Assembly: GCF_030684315.1 (NCBI RefSeq)
Contig: NC_081366.1
Coordinates: 7,192,001-7,256,000 of the forward strand
DNA length: 64,000 bases
Source: Stegostoma tigrinum
Lineage: Eukaryota
Reading direction: 5' to 3'
Part shown: positions 1 through 10,978 of the stretch, piece after piece
Layout of the letters: the number at the start of each line of letters is the position of its first letter
How positions within the stretch are numbered: the first letter of the stretch is position 1
Notes under the pieces: model-generated
Told to the model about the DNA's origin: nothing
What the model saw: only the letters and a program-made list of their open reading frames with translations
The model's database searches: none
Position numbers and translations under genes: made by a program

Positions 1-229
1 GTTAATTGATTCATTGATTGCGATAATGAGAACGGTGTCAGGATACAGTGTTATAGCCAGAGAAGGTGCAGGGAGGGAGAGCAGAATTAACATTGAGAGG
101 CCAATTCAAATTTTTGAAAATAGCTCAGAAGGAGCTGTTCATTTGATCAGGTTCCACATCATGTGTTATCGTAGAAAACTAAAGCTCATCGTGCATGGGG
201 TAACACCTTGGCACAGATAATAGGTTGCT

Positions 230-1780
230 GAGCAAATAAAGACACAAATCTTTTTTTTTCAATGTAATGCAAGGTGAGTTAAGTGGCATACCAACGAGAT
301 CGTGCTGGTGTTTTAGGGTTTTGTAATTTTCATAAATAACAAAAATTAAGGCATTGCAGGCATGGTTGCTAAATTGGCTGATGATGCAAAGCTCTGCAGC
401 AACGTAAATTATGGAGAGGACGCAAAGGTACAAAGAAATAGACATAGGTTAGGTAAGTATCCAAATACTTGCCAATTGGTGCTTCTGCGGGAATATGAGA
501 TATTTCATGTTTCCACAGCTAAAATGAACAAAATAAGTGTTTAATCTAAATATTGAGATACTGCAGAGGTGTTAGGAATAGAGGGTTCTTCTCAAAATTT
601 TAAGGTGGAAGAATAGCAAGTCATTATGAAGGCTAATATGGTGCAATCATTTATTGTGATGGATTCAATACAAAAGCAAATGGATTAAAGGGACACATTT
701 GGATTACTGTGTAAAGCATCTTCTTTATTTTATAGAAGGATGCAAGTTTCTTGGGAGCATTTCAAAGATATTTACTGGATTAACACGTGGGACAGGCTCG
801 CTAATTCATCGGGAACATTTGACGGTTTAGGTTTGTAAGCATTGGAGTTTCATAAACTAACAGGTGGCTTGATTGAAGCAAAGGTTGATGCCTCTGAAAA
901 GGGCATAGACGGGATGTTTCTTCTTATGGCATAAACTGGACTATGGTAAACAGTTCAAAATTAAATAGTCGCTCATTTATGTCAGATCTTTTCTTATCTC
1001 ATAGAGACTTGTAGATTTTTAGCATTCTATTCCTCAAAATGTGACAAGAGCAGAGTATTTGAGCATTTTAAGACAGATGTGGAGCAATTCTTTATAAGCA
1101 AGTGATAGCAAAATTATTGGGAACTGAAGGAAATGCAGGCAATCAGCTCCCGGTCTTATTGAATGATGGAGAAATCGACGGATGACTCTTGCTCTTTAGG
1201 AGTATGATACATGTACATGTGAACTGGTGAGACAACATCCGAACAATTGCGTACAATTTCTGTGTCCTTATTTCAAAAAGGGTACATGTGCGTTAGAAAC
1301 CGTTCAGAGAACATTTGCCCAACTCATAAGTCATTATGAAGACAGATTGAATACATTGCGACTTCAGCCACAAAAGTTTCGGAATATAAGATATAAAATA
1401 ATGATAACAAAAAAAATGAAAGATGTAATCTGTACTTGGGACTAGACAGGGTAGACCTTGACAGGGCACTTTCCCTCGCAGGAAATGCTACATCTATGTA
1501 ACCCAGTTGAAGGATAAGATGTCTGCTTTTAAAATTTATGAAGCAATTACTTTTCTCTCAGAAGGTCATTAATGTCTTGAGCTATCACCCACAGAAAACA
1601 AAGGATTTTGAGTCATTGAATTTCTTCAAGCTTGAGTTCGTTAGATTTCTCATATACATGGGAGGCAAAGATTATTACACGACAACAGCAAAATAAATTT
1701 GAGTTTACAATCGCATGAGTGATGGAATTAATCAATGGAAGAGCGGCTGAAAGGCCAAATCATCCGCTGCTACTTTTCAG
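230..1780 (+). mobile_element. Old CR1 LINE 3' remnants (two tandem fragments)
   Basis: MVAKLADDAK (degenerate FADDTK) at 362 and decayed CR1 3'-end sequence. Paralogous to 23690-24170 and 49340-49520. Confidence 0.6.
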
Positions 1781-2329
1781 TTCTATATTAAAATGCTGCC
1801 ATGTCCCAATATTATTTAATTATACCAACGAGGTGCAATGTATTTAAAAGTTGTAACATTACAAAACAAAATTCATTGCATTGTGTTCTCAGGAAGTTCA
1901 TTAGGATATGGTTTTACTTCCGAACAAACTTGTCCTACATGATCAATGCTGTCATAGTATTTATGAGATTTAATCACAATGATTTTCACTCTGTATCCTT
2001 CAAAATTGACATTATCAACAGATCCCCAAACAAACAACTTTGGCAAAGCCATCTTTGCAAATCAATGCCACCATATCCAAGTCCCGACCCCTCCCATCAT
2101 ATGCAAATAACTTTAATTCCTGCAAATGCATCAAAGTGTCGAGCCCTCCGGAATACATGCCCAGTTTTCTTTGAACCCGTGATGTTAAAGTAAATTTTCA
2201 TTCCTATCACAAAATCAAAGGTTTTCTTGTCAACTGTAAGATCATTTCCTATATGGCATTTGTAACTGTCATGTTTCTGTTCATTTCACCTTCACTAATA
2301 TGCATATTATCCCTGAATGGATCAAATAT

Positions 2330-3260
2330 TGCTCTTCCATTGTCCTTTAAAGGTTCTACAGCGTTTGGAATCTGCACTTACCTGGTTCACTTCTCATCGT
2401 CCAATCTTAGTCGCAAATTACTGCTTTAGCTATTCACACTTGGTTTGCTTGATTGTCCCCAACTACCCGCCTTGGCAAAATTCTGTTTATGTCTGCAGAC
2501 CACACTTGACACTATTTTACACTTTCATCATTGGCCTTGAAGTCTTTAAATTGTCAGACTACTTATTGAACGTCCAGTTTTGAATATCCTGAAACTTCCT
2601 TTAACTTTGTATTGGGGGGGAGGGGGGGAGAAGTCGTTGACTTTCAATACTGCTGCAACTGTTGAGACAATTTAACACATGGTGATAGAGTTGACCATTA
2701 CAAGAACTTTCAATCACATATTGAAGACACTTCTAACGCTGGCTGTTAGTATATCCATAAGCCTGTAAGTATCCACAGCTCTGCTTCTGAGATCTTCCTC
2801 AATCTATTTCATATTTCGAGACTTGACTATTCTGATGTTCCCTGGCTAATATTCCACATTATACCTGTTATAAACATAATGTCCCGCAGATCTGGCCTGG
2901 CTATGTCCTAAATCATACAAATTCCTTTTCACCAATGACATCCATCTCTGCTAGACTAATCTGATATTTGTCATCTGAATTTTTGATGTACAAGTCCTCA
3001 ATTTGTTTTCAATTACCTGAATGTATTGACTTCTCCCTGCCTCAGTAATCTCCTCCATTCTTTTAACTCTTCGTATCAATCCAGTGACTTGAAAATCCTC
3101 ATTTTTAGCATTTCCAAATTTGAAGCCTATGTTTTTTCTTATCTTGGATCTAACCTCCAGAATGGTCTCCCCAAAACTCTCAGCTTCTATGACTTGTTTC
3201 CCCTTTATCACACATATTAAAACAATTATTTTCAGAAACCTGAGAGACGCCTAAAGTACA
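2330..3260 (+). mobile_element. Old L2-like LINE remnant
   Basis: SALTWFTSH and TTGACTATTCTGATGTTC (LDYS-like) are reminiscent of L2 RT. Paralogous copy at about 49720-50640. Confidence 0.45.
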
Positions 3261-3594
3261 GACTCCTACTGGAGCTTGATGGTTGCATTAATTACTTTTG
3301 TTGTTTTAGTTTAAAGTCGCCGTGAAGCGATTTGAAATACTTTAAGTGGTTCTGCTTTTCATGCAAATTCAAACTATTGCTACGTTTGTTGTTGTACTTG
3401 GCATCCTGCTGCACACACCTAAGACTTTATCACTCAATAAGGCTTTATTGCAGTGCTTATGAGCGTATTAATGAGCACAGAAATTTGCCACTGGGTTCTC
3501 TCAATATTGTTTCACCACGTGATAAAATCATAGCTGATCATACTTTGACATCCCATATGTTTTAATCGCCACAAAATATGAGATTTACTCAAGG

Positions 3595-3955
3595 CCGCTC
3601 ACTAGATGATTCGTGCAGAAACTCAGGAAATGTTCTGGGGAGAGATAATGAGGGTAACGTCTTCACGTTATGTTCTGGGGATCTATGTTTGATCTGCTGT
3701 GGCAGATGGTGGAATTTAAGTTAATTAAAAGTCTAGAATAAAGAGGTTAATAATACATTGAAACCATTGCAGATTGTGGGGGGAAGTGCATCTAACTCGT
3801 CGAACAGTTTTTCGGGAAGTAAACTGTCATCTTTACCTGGTCTGGCCTACATGCAACTCCAGGCTCACAGCAATCAGATTTACCAATAACGTCCCCACAG
3901 TCGATTAGGGATTGGTAATAATTACTACATAACCACATCTCATGAATAAATAATA
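3595..3955 (+). mobile_element. tRNA-derived shark SINE (SacSINE-like)
   Basis: GGCAGATGGTGGAATTT...TACCTGGTCTGGCCTACATG..ACTCCAG. Related copies at 17610-17885 (-), 19020-19170 (-), 50960-51290 (+), 59650-59970 (-) and 62390-62740 (-). The family name is from recall. Confidence 0.6.
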
Positions 3956-5444
3956 ATTGCACATTGGCATACGGATTGTGAAGCAGAATTAAGCCGCACA
4001 TGCTGATTGAAATTTGAGAAGAATTTCAACTTCATGTTTCCTCCGACTTATGTGACTGTAGAGTGAAACTGGATTGAAACACTTTAAAGACATATGGGCC
4101 TGACAACATTTATGGAATTGTACGGAAGATGTGAAGTCCAGAATTTGCTGTGGCCCGAGTCAAGTCGATGGACTAAAGCTGCAATATTGGTATTTCTTTG
4201 ACAATGTGGGAACCTGGAGTGACTGGATTAATTGTACGTTTAATCTTTCCTCATAAGGCAAGCTATTCATCGCGGAAACTAATCTTGTAAATTTTCTCTA
4301 CACTTCCTTCCATGGTGTTACATCCTTCCTCAAGTTAGGATACTAAGATTGTATACTCCAGATTATCATTTGTTGTGAGGAGAATTGAATGCAAGAAAAA
4401 GTAAGGCAATGCTTATTATTTTGGACAACAATATAAACGATCCGGAGTCTATGCACGGTATTGATCATGCTATATCAAGAAAGATGTAATATATATTGAT
4501 GCAGAGTGGAAAAGATGCATTGGATTAATACCACGAATGACCAGTGTCTTATAATGAAAGTTTCAAAACACTATTTTGTACATGTTGGAGTTGGAAGAAG
4601 AGGAGGCAACTTGATTTAAAATATAAGATTCCAAAGAGTCTTGCTAGGGTAGAGAGATGGGTGATGTTTCATCGGTTACGACTTTCAAGAACTAACAGCC
4701 ACTATTTAAATGTAATTTTCCTTTAAAAAGTGAGACTAGTTTGGTTTTGCTTCTTAACGCCATTTTCAGTCTTTATAATAAGCTCACAGAAAACATCGTG
4801 GGAGAAGAATCCTTGACTCTTTTCTACAGAATGAAGTGGAAGTTACTGGTAAAGTAAGGTGGTGAGCTGTTTTCATGCCTAGCAGGGATTGAAGATTTCA
4901 TTTTACAATTAAATTAACTCAGACAAAATTGAATGGCGGCAAAAGGCAAGAAGTGTGGACTCGCACCTTCTGCTCCTTTTTTAGCGAATTTTAACAAAAT
5001 TAAACAGAATTTCACGTAACAAGTTGTGTTAATTATCTCAGTTATTTTGAATAATTTATATCATTCAGGAATATTTCTAAACCGACGACATTTTGTTCAA
5101 GCAATGTGATTCATTGCGTGACAAGCAGTGGCCAAAAGGCAATAAACAAACTGTTCAACCGAAGAGCTGCGCTTGAGGAATACATTTGTTATCACAGAGT
5201 TCTATATTTAAACTCAATAGATTAACTCTCTAAAACCCTCTCTAACTTTCAGCGTCTATTCTAATGTTAACGGCAAACACAAAATCGCATTTCAGACACT
5301 GCATCTCAAAAGTTTGCGGTCCATTTCTACTAGAAAGGAAGAGCAAGCATTTCAAAAACGAAGATAGTCTCGGGTTTCATTTTGTGGGGATACACATAGG
5401 TGTACAGATTCAAAATTAATTGTATTGCGCATTGGTTCGGTACA

Positions 5445-7817
5445 TTATCGGTCTGTGTCACAAATATTAATGTCATCCACAAGCAACGTCTGGTGACATG
5501 GTTTTAAAAACAAAAAATCGCTCTTAGATGACTCGGGTGAGAGACAGACCGTGTACTCGTATGAGTCCCGCATAGGCAGAGTTTGAACATTATCTGGATA
5601 ATTTAAATTTGCTTTTGCGACGCTTCTACAACGAGAGGCTCCGGTTGAAATATCCTGCCGGTAGCAGCAGCAAATATTCCGATCTTGTTGGCATTTCACA
5701 GTGGCCAGAAGAAGTATTATGATTAGAAATATGCAGGAAGTTGATCCTAAAATTATGATCAATAGAAAATTTAAATCTGAAAATAATTCTGGGCTTCTAA
5801 GTTTGTTTTTTCGTTCAAAGGTATTTTCACTAACGTTACCTTGGACTGTGAACAGAATTGAGACTGTATTCGAGAGACTCGGCTGTCCATTGTCATTGAC
5901 CAAAACTACAAGCTTCTGTCTGAGAGCATCTTGCTCCCTAAAATTTCGCATTATCCTAATTTCCCCGGAGGTATATCCGACACTAAAAATACTGTGATCA
6001 GTAGCTTCTAGGAGCTTATAGGAAAGTCGTGCATTCTGTCCAGAATCTGCGTCAGTAGCAATTATTTTGGTCACCAAGGATCCGGGAAGTGCCGAATTTG
6101 ACGCAATCGCAATCGAACTGTTGTCCTTTAACGGTGACAAAATGACTGGTGCATTATCATTTTGGTCCAGAATAATAATATTGACGAGAGCAGTGCTGGT
6201 GAGTGATGGAGTTCCATCATCCCGAGCCTGTACATTGATCTTAATTTGTTTCTGAATTTCATAATCAAAAGAACTTAGCGCGTAAATGCGCCCACTTTCG
6301 GAGTTAACACTAAAGTGACCAGACGCAGAACTTTCATGCACGAAACTGTCCAGGAGGAAATATGATATTTTGCTATTCTTGCCCAAATCAGGATCTAAAG
6401 CGGTAACGGCCAATATTGATGCACCAACAGCATTATTTTCCATCAAGAACACGTTATATAACGACTGTGTAAATTGTGGCGCATTGTCATTTATATCAGA
6501 AATTGAAATGTGGATAGTTTTATTTGTTGAAAGAGAGGGTAATCCTGCGTCCCAGGCTGAAATGGAAATGTTATAGAAAGGAGAGATTTCGCGATTCAAT
6601 GTATCGCTGACCACTAAACTGTATTGTTTGTGTGAAGATCTTTGAAGTTTAAACGGGATATATGGTGGCAACCTACACTGCACTTGTCCATTTTCACCGG
6701 AATCACGATCCATTACACTTATTATAGCGACCACAGTCCCACTTGTAGCATTTTCGCTTACTTCAATGGATAGCGAGTTTATTTTCAATTCCGGCGCGTT
6801 ATCATTAACGTCAATCAATTCAACAAGAACCTCGACGCGCCCAGCCAATGCGGGAGTACCTCTGTCCACAGCTTTTACTTCCAGTTGGTAAATCTTCTCT
6901 TCTTCATAGTCCAGTGAACCTTGAACTATAATATGTCCAGTTTCGGAGTCTAAACTGAACAACTCCCTCACCCGATGAGAAACGTGGCTGGTTAAATAGT
7001 ACCTTACTTCGCCATTTGTTCCTTGGTCTAAATCAACAGCATTTAACGTTAAGATCAAGCTACCTTTAGGTAAGCTCTCCAATGCGTTAACCCTGTATAA
7101 CTGATGATCAAATACTGGGGCATTATCGTTTACGTCTAGTACAGTGATGACTATTTCTGCAGTATCAGATTTTCGAGGAATTCCACCGTCAATGGCCGTC
7201 AGCGTCAGGTGAAAAGTGGAGTCTTGCTCACGGTCTAAGGGGTTTTCTAACATCAACTCTGCAATTTTACTGCCATCACTTCTGGTGTGAGCCTTCAAGC
7301 CAAAGTGCTTGTTTGTGCTGATTTCATAACTATTCACTGCATTTGTACCCACATCCGCATCGTGCGCACTCTCGAGTGGGAAAAGAGCTCCTGCTGCGGT
7401 TAACTCAGATATTTGTAAAGTGTATCTCGATTCGAGAAATCTGGGCGAATTATCATTTACATCCAATATTTCCACATCGACACGATGCATTTCCAGTGGA
7501 TTGTCAACCGCTATGTCCTGAGAAAGAGAACAGGTCGCGCTTCGTCCGCAGAGAATTTCCCTGTCAATTCTCTCGTTCACAACTAAAATACCATTCTCCA
7601 TGTTCACCTTCAGTAATTGCTTTCCGTCGTCAGAGACGAGCCGAAATTTGCGAAATGACATCTCTCCAATGCTTAGGCCTAAATCTTCCGCTATATTCCC
7701 CACAAAAGTACCGCGCTCCATTTCTTCCGGAACCACGTATTGCAGTCGGCCACAGATTAAATCCGAGACGCAAGCCAGTAACACAAAATAGATCAGCCGC
7801 TTGATGCTTTTCGCCAT
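5445..7817 (-). CDS. Clustered protocadherin large exon, copy A (790 aa): signal peptide, EC1-EC6, TM, short cytoplasmic tail
   Basis: Uninterrupted ORF with cadherin motifs (PEE, IDRE/LDRE/LDYE, DxNDNxP, DxD, AxDxGxP) and the EC1 Cys-X5-Cys motif CGRSATC typical of clustered Pcdhs. DADSGQNARLSY in EC6, hydrophobic TM FLLIIILGSTSCIFLIIILLLA, tail YTVCLSPESSKSDFLFLKPC. Subfamily not assignable by eye. Confidence 0.95.
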   Translation of the reverse strand: MAKSIKRLIYFVLLACVSDLICGRLQYVVPEEMERGTFVGNIAEDLGLSIGEMSFRKFRLVSDDGKQLLKVNMENGILVVNERIDREILCGRSATCSLSQDIAVDNPLEMHRVDVEILDVNDNSPRFLESRYTLQISELTAAGALFPLESAHDADVGTNAVNSYEISTNKHFGLKAHTRSDGSKIAELMLENPLDREQDSTFHLTLTAIDGGIPRKSDTAEIVITVLDVNDNAPVFDHQLYRVNALESLPKGSLILTLNAVDLDQGTNGEVRYYLTSHVSHRVRELFSLDSETGHIIVQGSLDYEEEKIYQLEVKAVDRGTPALAGRVEVLVELIDVNDNAPELKINSLSIEVSENATSGTVVAIISVMDRDSGENGQVQCRLPPYIPFKLQRSSHKQYSLVVSDTLNREISPFYNISISAWDAGLPSLSTNKTIHISISDINDNAPQFTQSLYNVFLMENNAVGASILAVTALDPDLGKNSKISYFLLDSFVHESSASGHFSVNSESGRIYALSSFDYEIQKQIKINVQARDDGTPSLTSTALVNIIILDQNDNAPVILSPLKDNSSIAIASNSALPGSLVTKIIATDADSGQNARLSYKLLEATDHSIFSVGYTSGEIRIMRNFREQDALRQKLVVLVNDNGQPSLSNTVSILFTVQGNVSENTFERKNKLRSPELFSDLNFLLIIILGSTSCIFLIIILLLATVKCQQDRNICCCYRQDISTGASRCRSVAKANLNYPDNVQTLPMRDSYEYTVCLSPESSKSDFLFLKPCHQTLLVDDINICDTDR

Positions 7818-8064
7818 TGTTCCGGATTAGACCCAATTGTAAATCTGCCAAAATGCCGTCCTACCTCTTCGTCTTATGTCGCTTTCAATGAAATGAAATA
7901 CATTTTCTGATGAAAAAATGTCGATATCAAAACGATAAACGTGAAATCTCGAAGTGACCTTTCAGCGCAAGATGGTTTAGGTGCGGGCGACTTTGCCTTG
8001 CTCTGTGATTCTGCGCTGTGTTCCGCAATGAAGGAGGAGGCTAAGTAGATCTCTTGGTTTTCCC

Positions 8065-8094
8065 ATTGGTAGACAGCGACACAAAGAGTCCTTA
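8065..8094 (-). promoter_or_regulatory. Protocadherin promoter CSE (CGCT box, predicted CTCF site), copy A
   Basis: Minus strand TAAGGACTCTTTGTGTCGCTGTCTACCAAT, 248 bp upstream of the ATG. Essentially identical in all three promoters and resembles the mammalian clustered-Pcdh CSE core (GTCGCTG...CCAA). Confidence 0.85.
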
Positions 8095-9597
8095 CCCATA
8101 ATTGCACCAGGCATTTCTTAAAGCAAAACTGCTCTCGAAGAGTAAGAATACCAGTGACTCTTGTGTTTAATAGTGCGCAACTAAAATCCCGTCTTGCAGT
8201 TGTTAATATTCCAAACAGCATTTTTAAATGAACATCATATTTTTGCCATTCACAATTAGCAATTAATAATAGCTTAATTTAGAAATAAAATAACTTTAAT
8301 CTAGATGTAACGATTTAAGGGCAGTCAATCATTATTTAAGCACTTTCGGAAACAACAATCTGAGCGGTATTGAAAAGTGATTCCTTAACGAGGGTGTATC
8401 GGTTCTACTGTATGTTTTTGCTGATTTGAATTATTTAGCTGCCCGACATTACTTGAGTATAACGGAAGCATTTTCATTGCTCTATTAAGAATTCGTTGAA
8501 CTGTTTATCTCTCGGTAAAATCATATTTTTGAGTAGAAATTTGACAACAAAATGACATGATATGAATGTGGAGTATGTTGACTTTACTAAATTTCGTTGT
8601 AACGCCAAATTATGAAATTTGCGATGGTGATGTCTATATGGCATTTGGTGGGGAAGGCACCTTATGAATCCACTCTGCCATTTGTATGCAATTCTCGGAT
8701 TGCTTATTGTCTTAACCCTGAGGTAGGAGTTTATGCCGCATAATTTCAAGAACGTAAATACATATGCAATCCCTAATAGCCCAGGATATTTTAAATACTA
8801 GGAAACTGTTCTGTCGATTGGAGATGAAATGCCTTAGAACCAATATGGTTTAGAGTGCGTTGCTGTTCACCCTTAGTATTCCGCAGTCTTTGATGAATCT
8901 GTGATGGGACGTTCTTTATACATCCCCAAAACCTTTGACCTGGTCGAAAGAAGGTGGTGTTTGCTTTCGCTGTAACGTTTTCCAATCTCGCAGTCACGTT
9001 CATGCTGCACTTCTTAATATATTTCATTTTACGATCTGGAAATCGAAACTGCACCATTCACCAATCTGAAAACTTTAAAACTGTTTCTCGTGATGCTAGG
9101 TTGGCCATTGCCGCTTGCTTGCACACACTGAAGACTAGATTTTCATTCTTTTTATGAGCAGTAACTTATTATTTTCCCACAATAATACACTGCAAACAAC
9201 AGACTGAAAGTGACAAATCGGGCATTTGTACTTATTAACTAGGCCACCCTGCCCTCAATATCTCGTGTCATTCTTGTGCCTTATCCTTTGACTTCCTGTA
9301 CTTGCAGTATTTAGAGTTATTTTCCACTGTTACAGCGAGTAAAGTGAATCTCATGCCTCACGATAAAGAATAGAAAAATTCGGTTTTGAACGGACATTAA
9401 TTTCCAACAATTACCTCTTTGCAAAGTAAACATGCTTTTTGAAAGCCACAAATAGCAATGAACAGATATAGCGAGTTTCAAAGTGTAAGTTTGGTTTCGT
9501 AATACATTGACTATATGTCGTGGATAACATACCAATGGTATCGCACCAGTTGATAGCTACCATTAGGCCAGTACATAGTAAGCCAACATTCTCAACA

Positions 9598-9693
9598 AAC
9601 TCTGATGAAGGGTCTAGGCCCGAAACGTCAGCTTTTGTGCTCCTGAGATGCTGCTTGGCCTGCTGTGTTCGTCCAGCCTCACATTTTATTCTC
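9598..9693 (+). mobile_element. Short Penelope-derived element carrying a hammerhead motif
   Basis: CTGATGA-A-GGG-tctagg-CCC-GAAA-CGTC at 9602-9629, followed by the shared tail GATGCTGCTTGGCCTGCTGTGTTC. Same family as 57805-57932 and 38315-38460. Confidence 0.8.
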
Positions 9694-10792
9694 AACCAAG
9701 GGTCTGGCTGACATTGTGCACAAATTCATGCTAAGTGTGGTTTCGAAGCGTTTTGGTTTCTCTATCTGGACCATAAAAATCATGAGTGACCATGAAGCCT
9801 TTGTCATATAGGCGATTTATTTGAGGTACAGAGCAATTGGGAGGATTGTGCAGTCAATCTGAGTGATTGTGTAAATGAAGGATGCTGACCAGAGTCGTTT
9901 ACTCTTCATCTGCGCCTTTGAAAGTGTGGACAAAGAAAAGCCTACGTTTCATATTTGCTTCGGAAGGTTAGAAACAAATGACATGCTTCCAGATGCGATA
10001 AATATCACATGGAATCCATCTTTAATTATCCTGACATTAATTATGATGCAGTAAGCCTGCACCTGAGATTTGCATTCTGTGTGCTACCACTCAGCTCCTG
10101 CCATTTCTGGATATTCATGCCACAAGTGGGTCATTTTTGGTCTTGGACAATTTCACAACACACACATATGTGACTACTGTTTCAGAGCCAAGTCTCCTAG
10201 AACCAATACTTTTTCAAGTCTCACATCACTGCACATACTCTTATGAGTCGGACTGTCAAGCAGCCCATTTATTGCTCCCTTCCCCAATTGATGGAGTCTG
10301 TTTCGTCTGCCTTTATTCTCTGACTGGTCTAGCAGTTTTCCACTTTACATTTTCCAGATAGAATTGCTGGAATACTCCCACACCTTGCCTTGGTTCTGCA
10401 TTAAACCTATACCAACATCTTCTGAGAACCTTGGATCATCTTTGACTCTTTGTGGTGCATAGATTTACAATGACATATTACGCTTGGATTAAAAAAAAAC
10501 TGAGCTGTCATTTCACCTGCACTCGTTTGTGCATTTTTCTTATTAAGTATTTCCACCCTCTCCTCTTGGCATTTGACTGTCCAACCGAACATTCATCTGA
10601 CTTTACATTTATTGTAATGACCTCTCAACAATACTACTTTGATGTAAACATCAGTTTCTATGTGGATTATGTGATAGGACAATAATCAGTTAAATCTACT
10701 ATTTTTTGCTCTTTGGGGAACATGTCCAAAACATGTACTTCAATATTTTGTCATCACACACTGCCTCTTTTTATTTACTTCAGATAGCTAGT

Positions 10793-10978
10793 TCAGAAGT
10801 CACATGACACCAAGTTATACTCCAACAGGTTTCTTCGAAACCACAATCTTTTGGGGTGCTGCCCCTTAGTTAGCGCTCAGATAGCTTATGATTTCAAAGA
10901 AACTATGTAGATCATAACGTGGTGTCGTATGGTTTCTGGCGTTGTCCACACCAGCCCTATACCAGCATCTTCACATTC
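10793..10978. mobile_element. Degenerate palindromic short element, probably a second Penelope-derived family
   Basis: Inverted arms AGAAGTCACATGACACCAAGTTAT...TTTCTTCGAAACCA / TGATTTCAAAGAAAC...ATAACGTGGTGTCGTATGGTTTCT. Family assignment is from recalled shark repeats. Confidence 0.5.

Noticed and set aside
5701-7804. Plus-strand ORFs antisense to the protocadherin exons, recurring in all three copies
   Set aside because: Shadow frames of the conserved coding strand; their recurrence is explained by paralogy.
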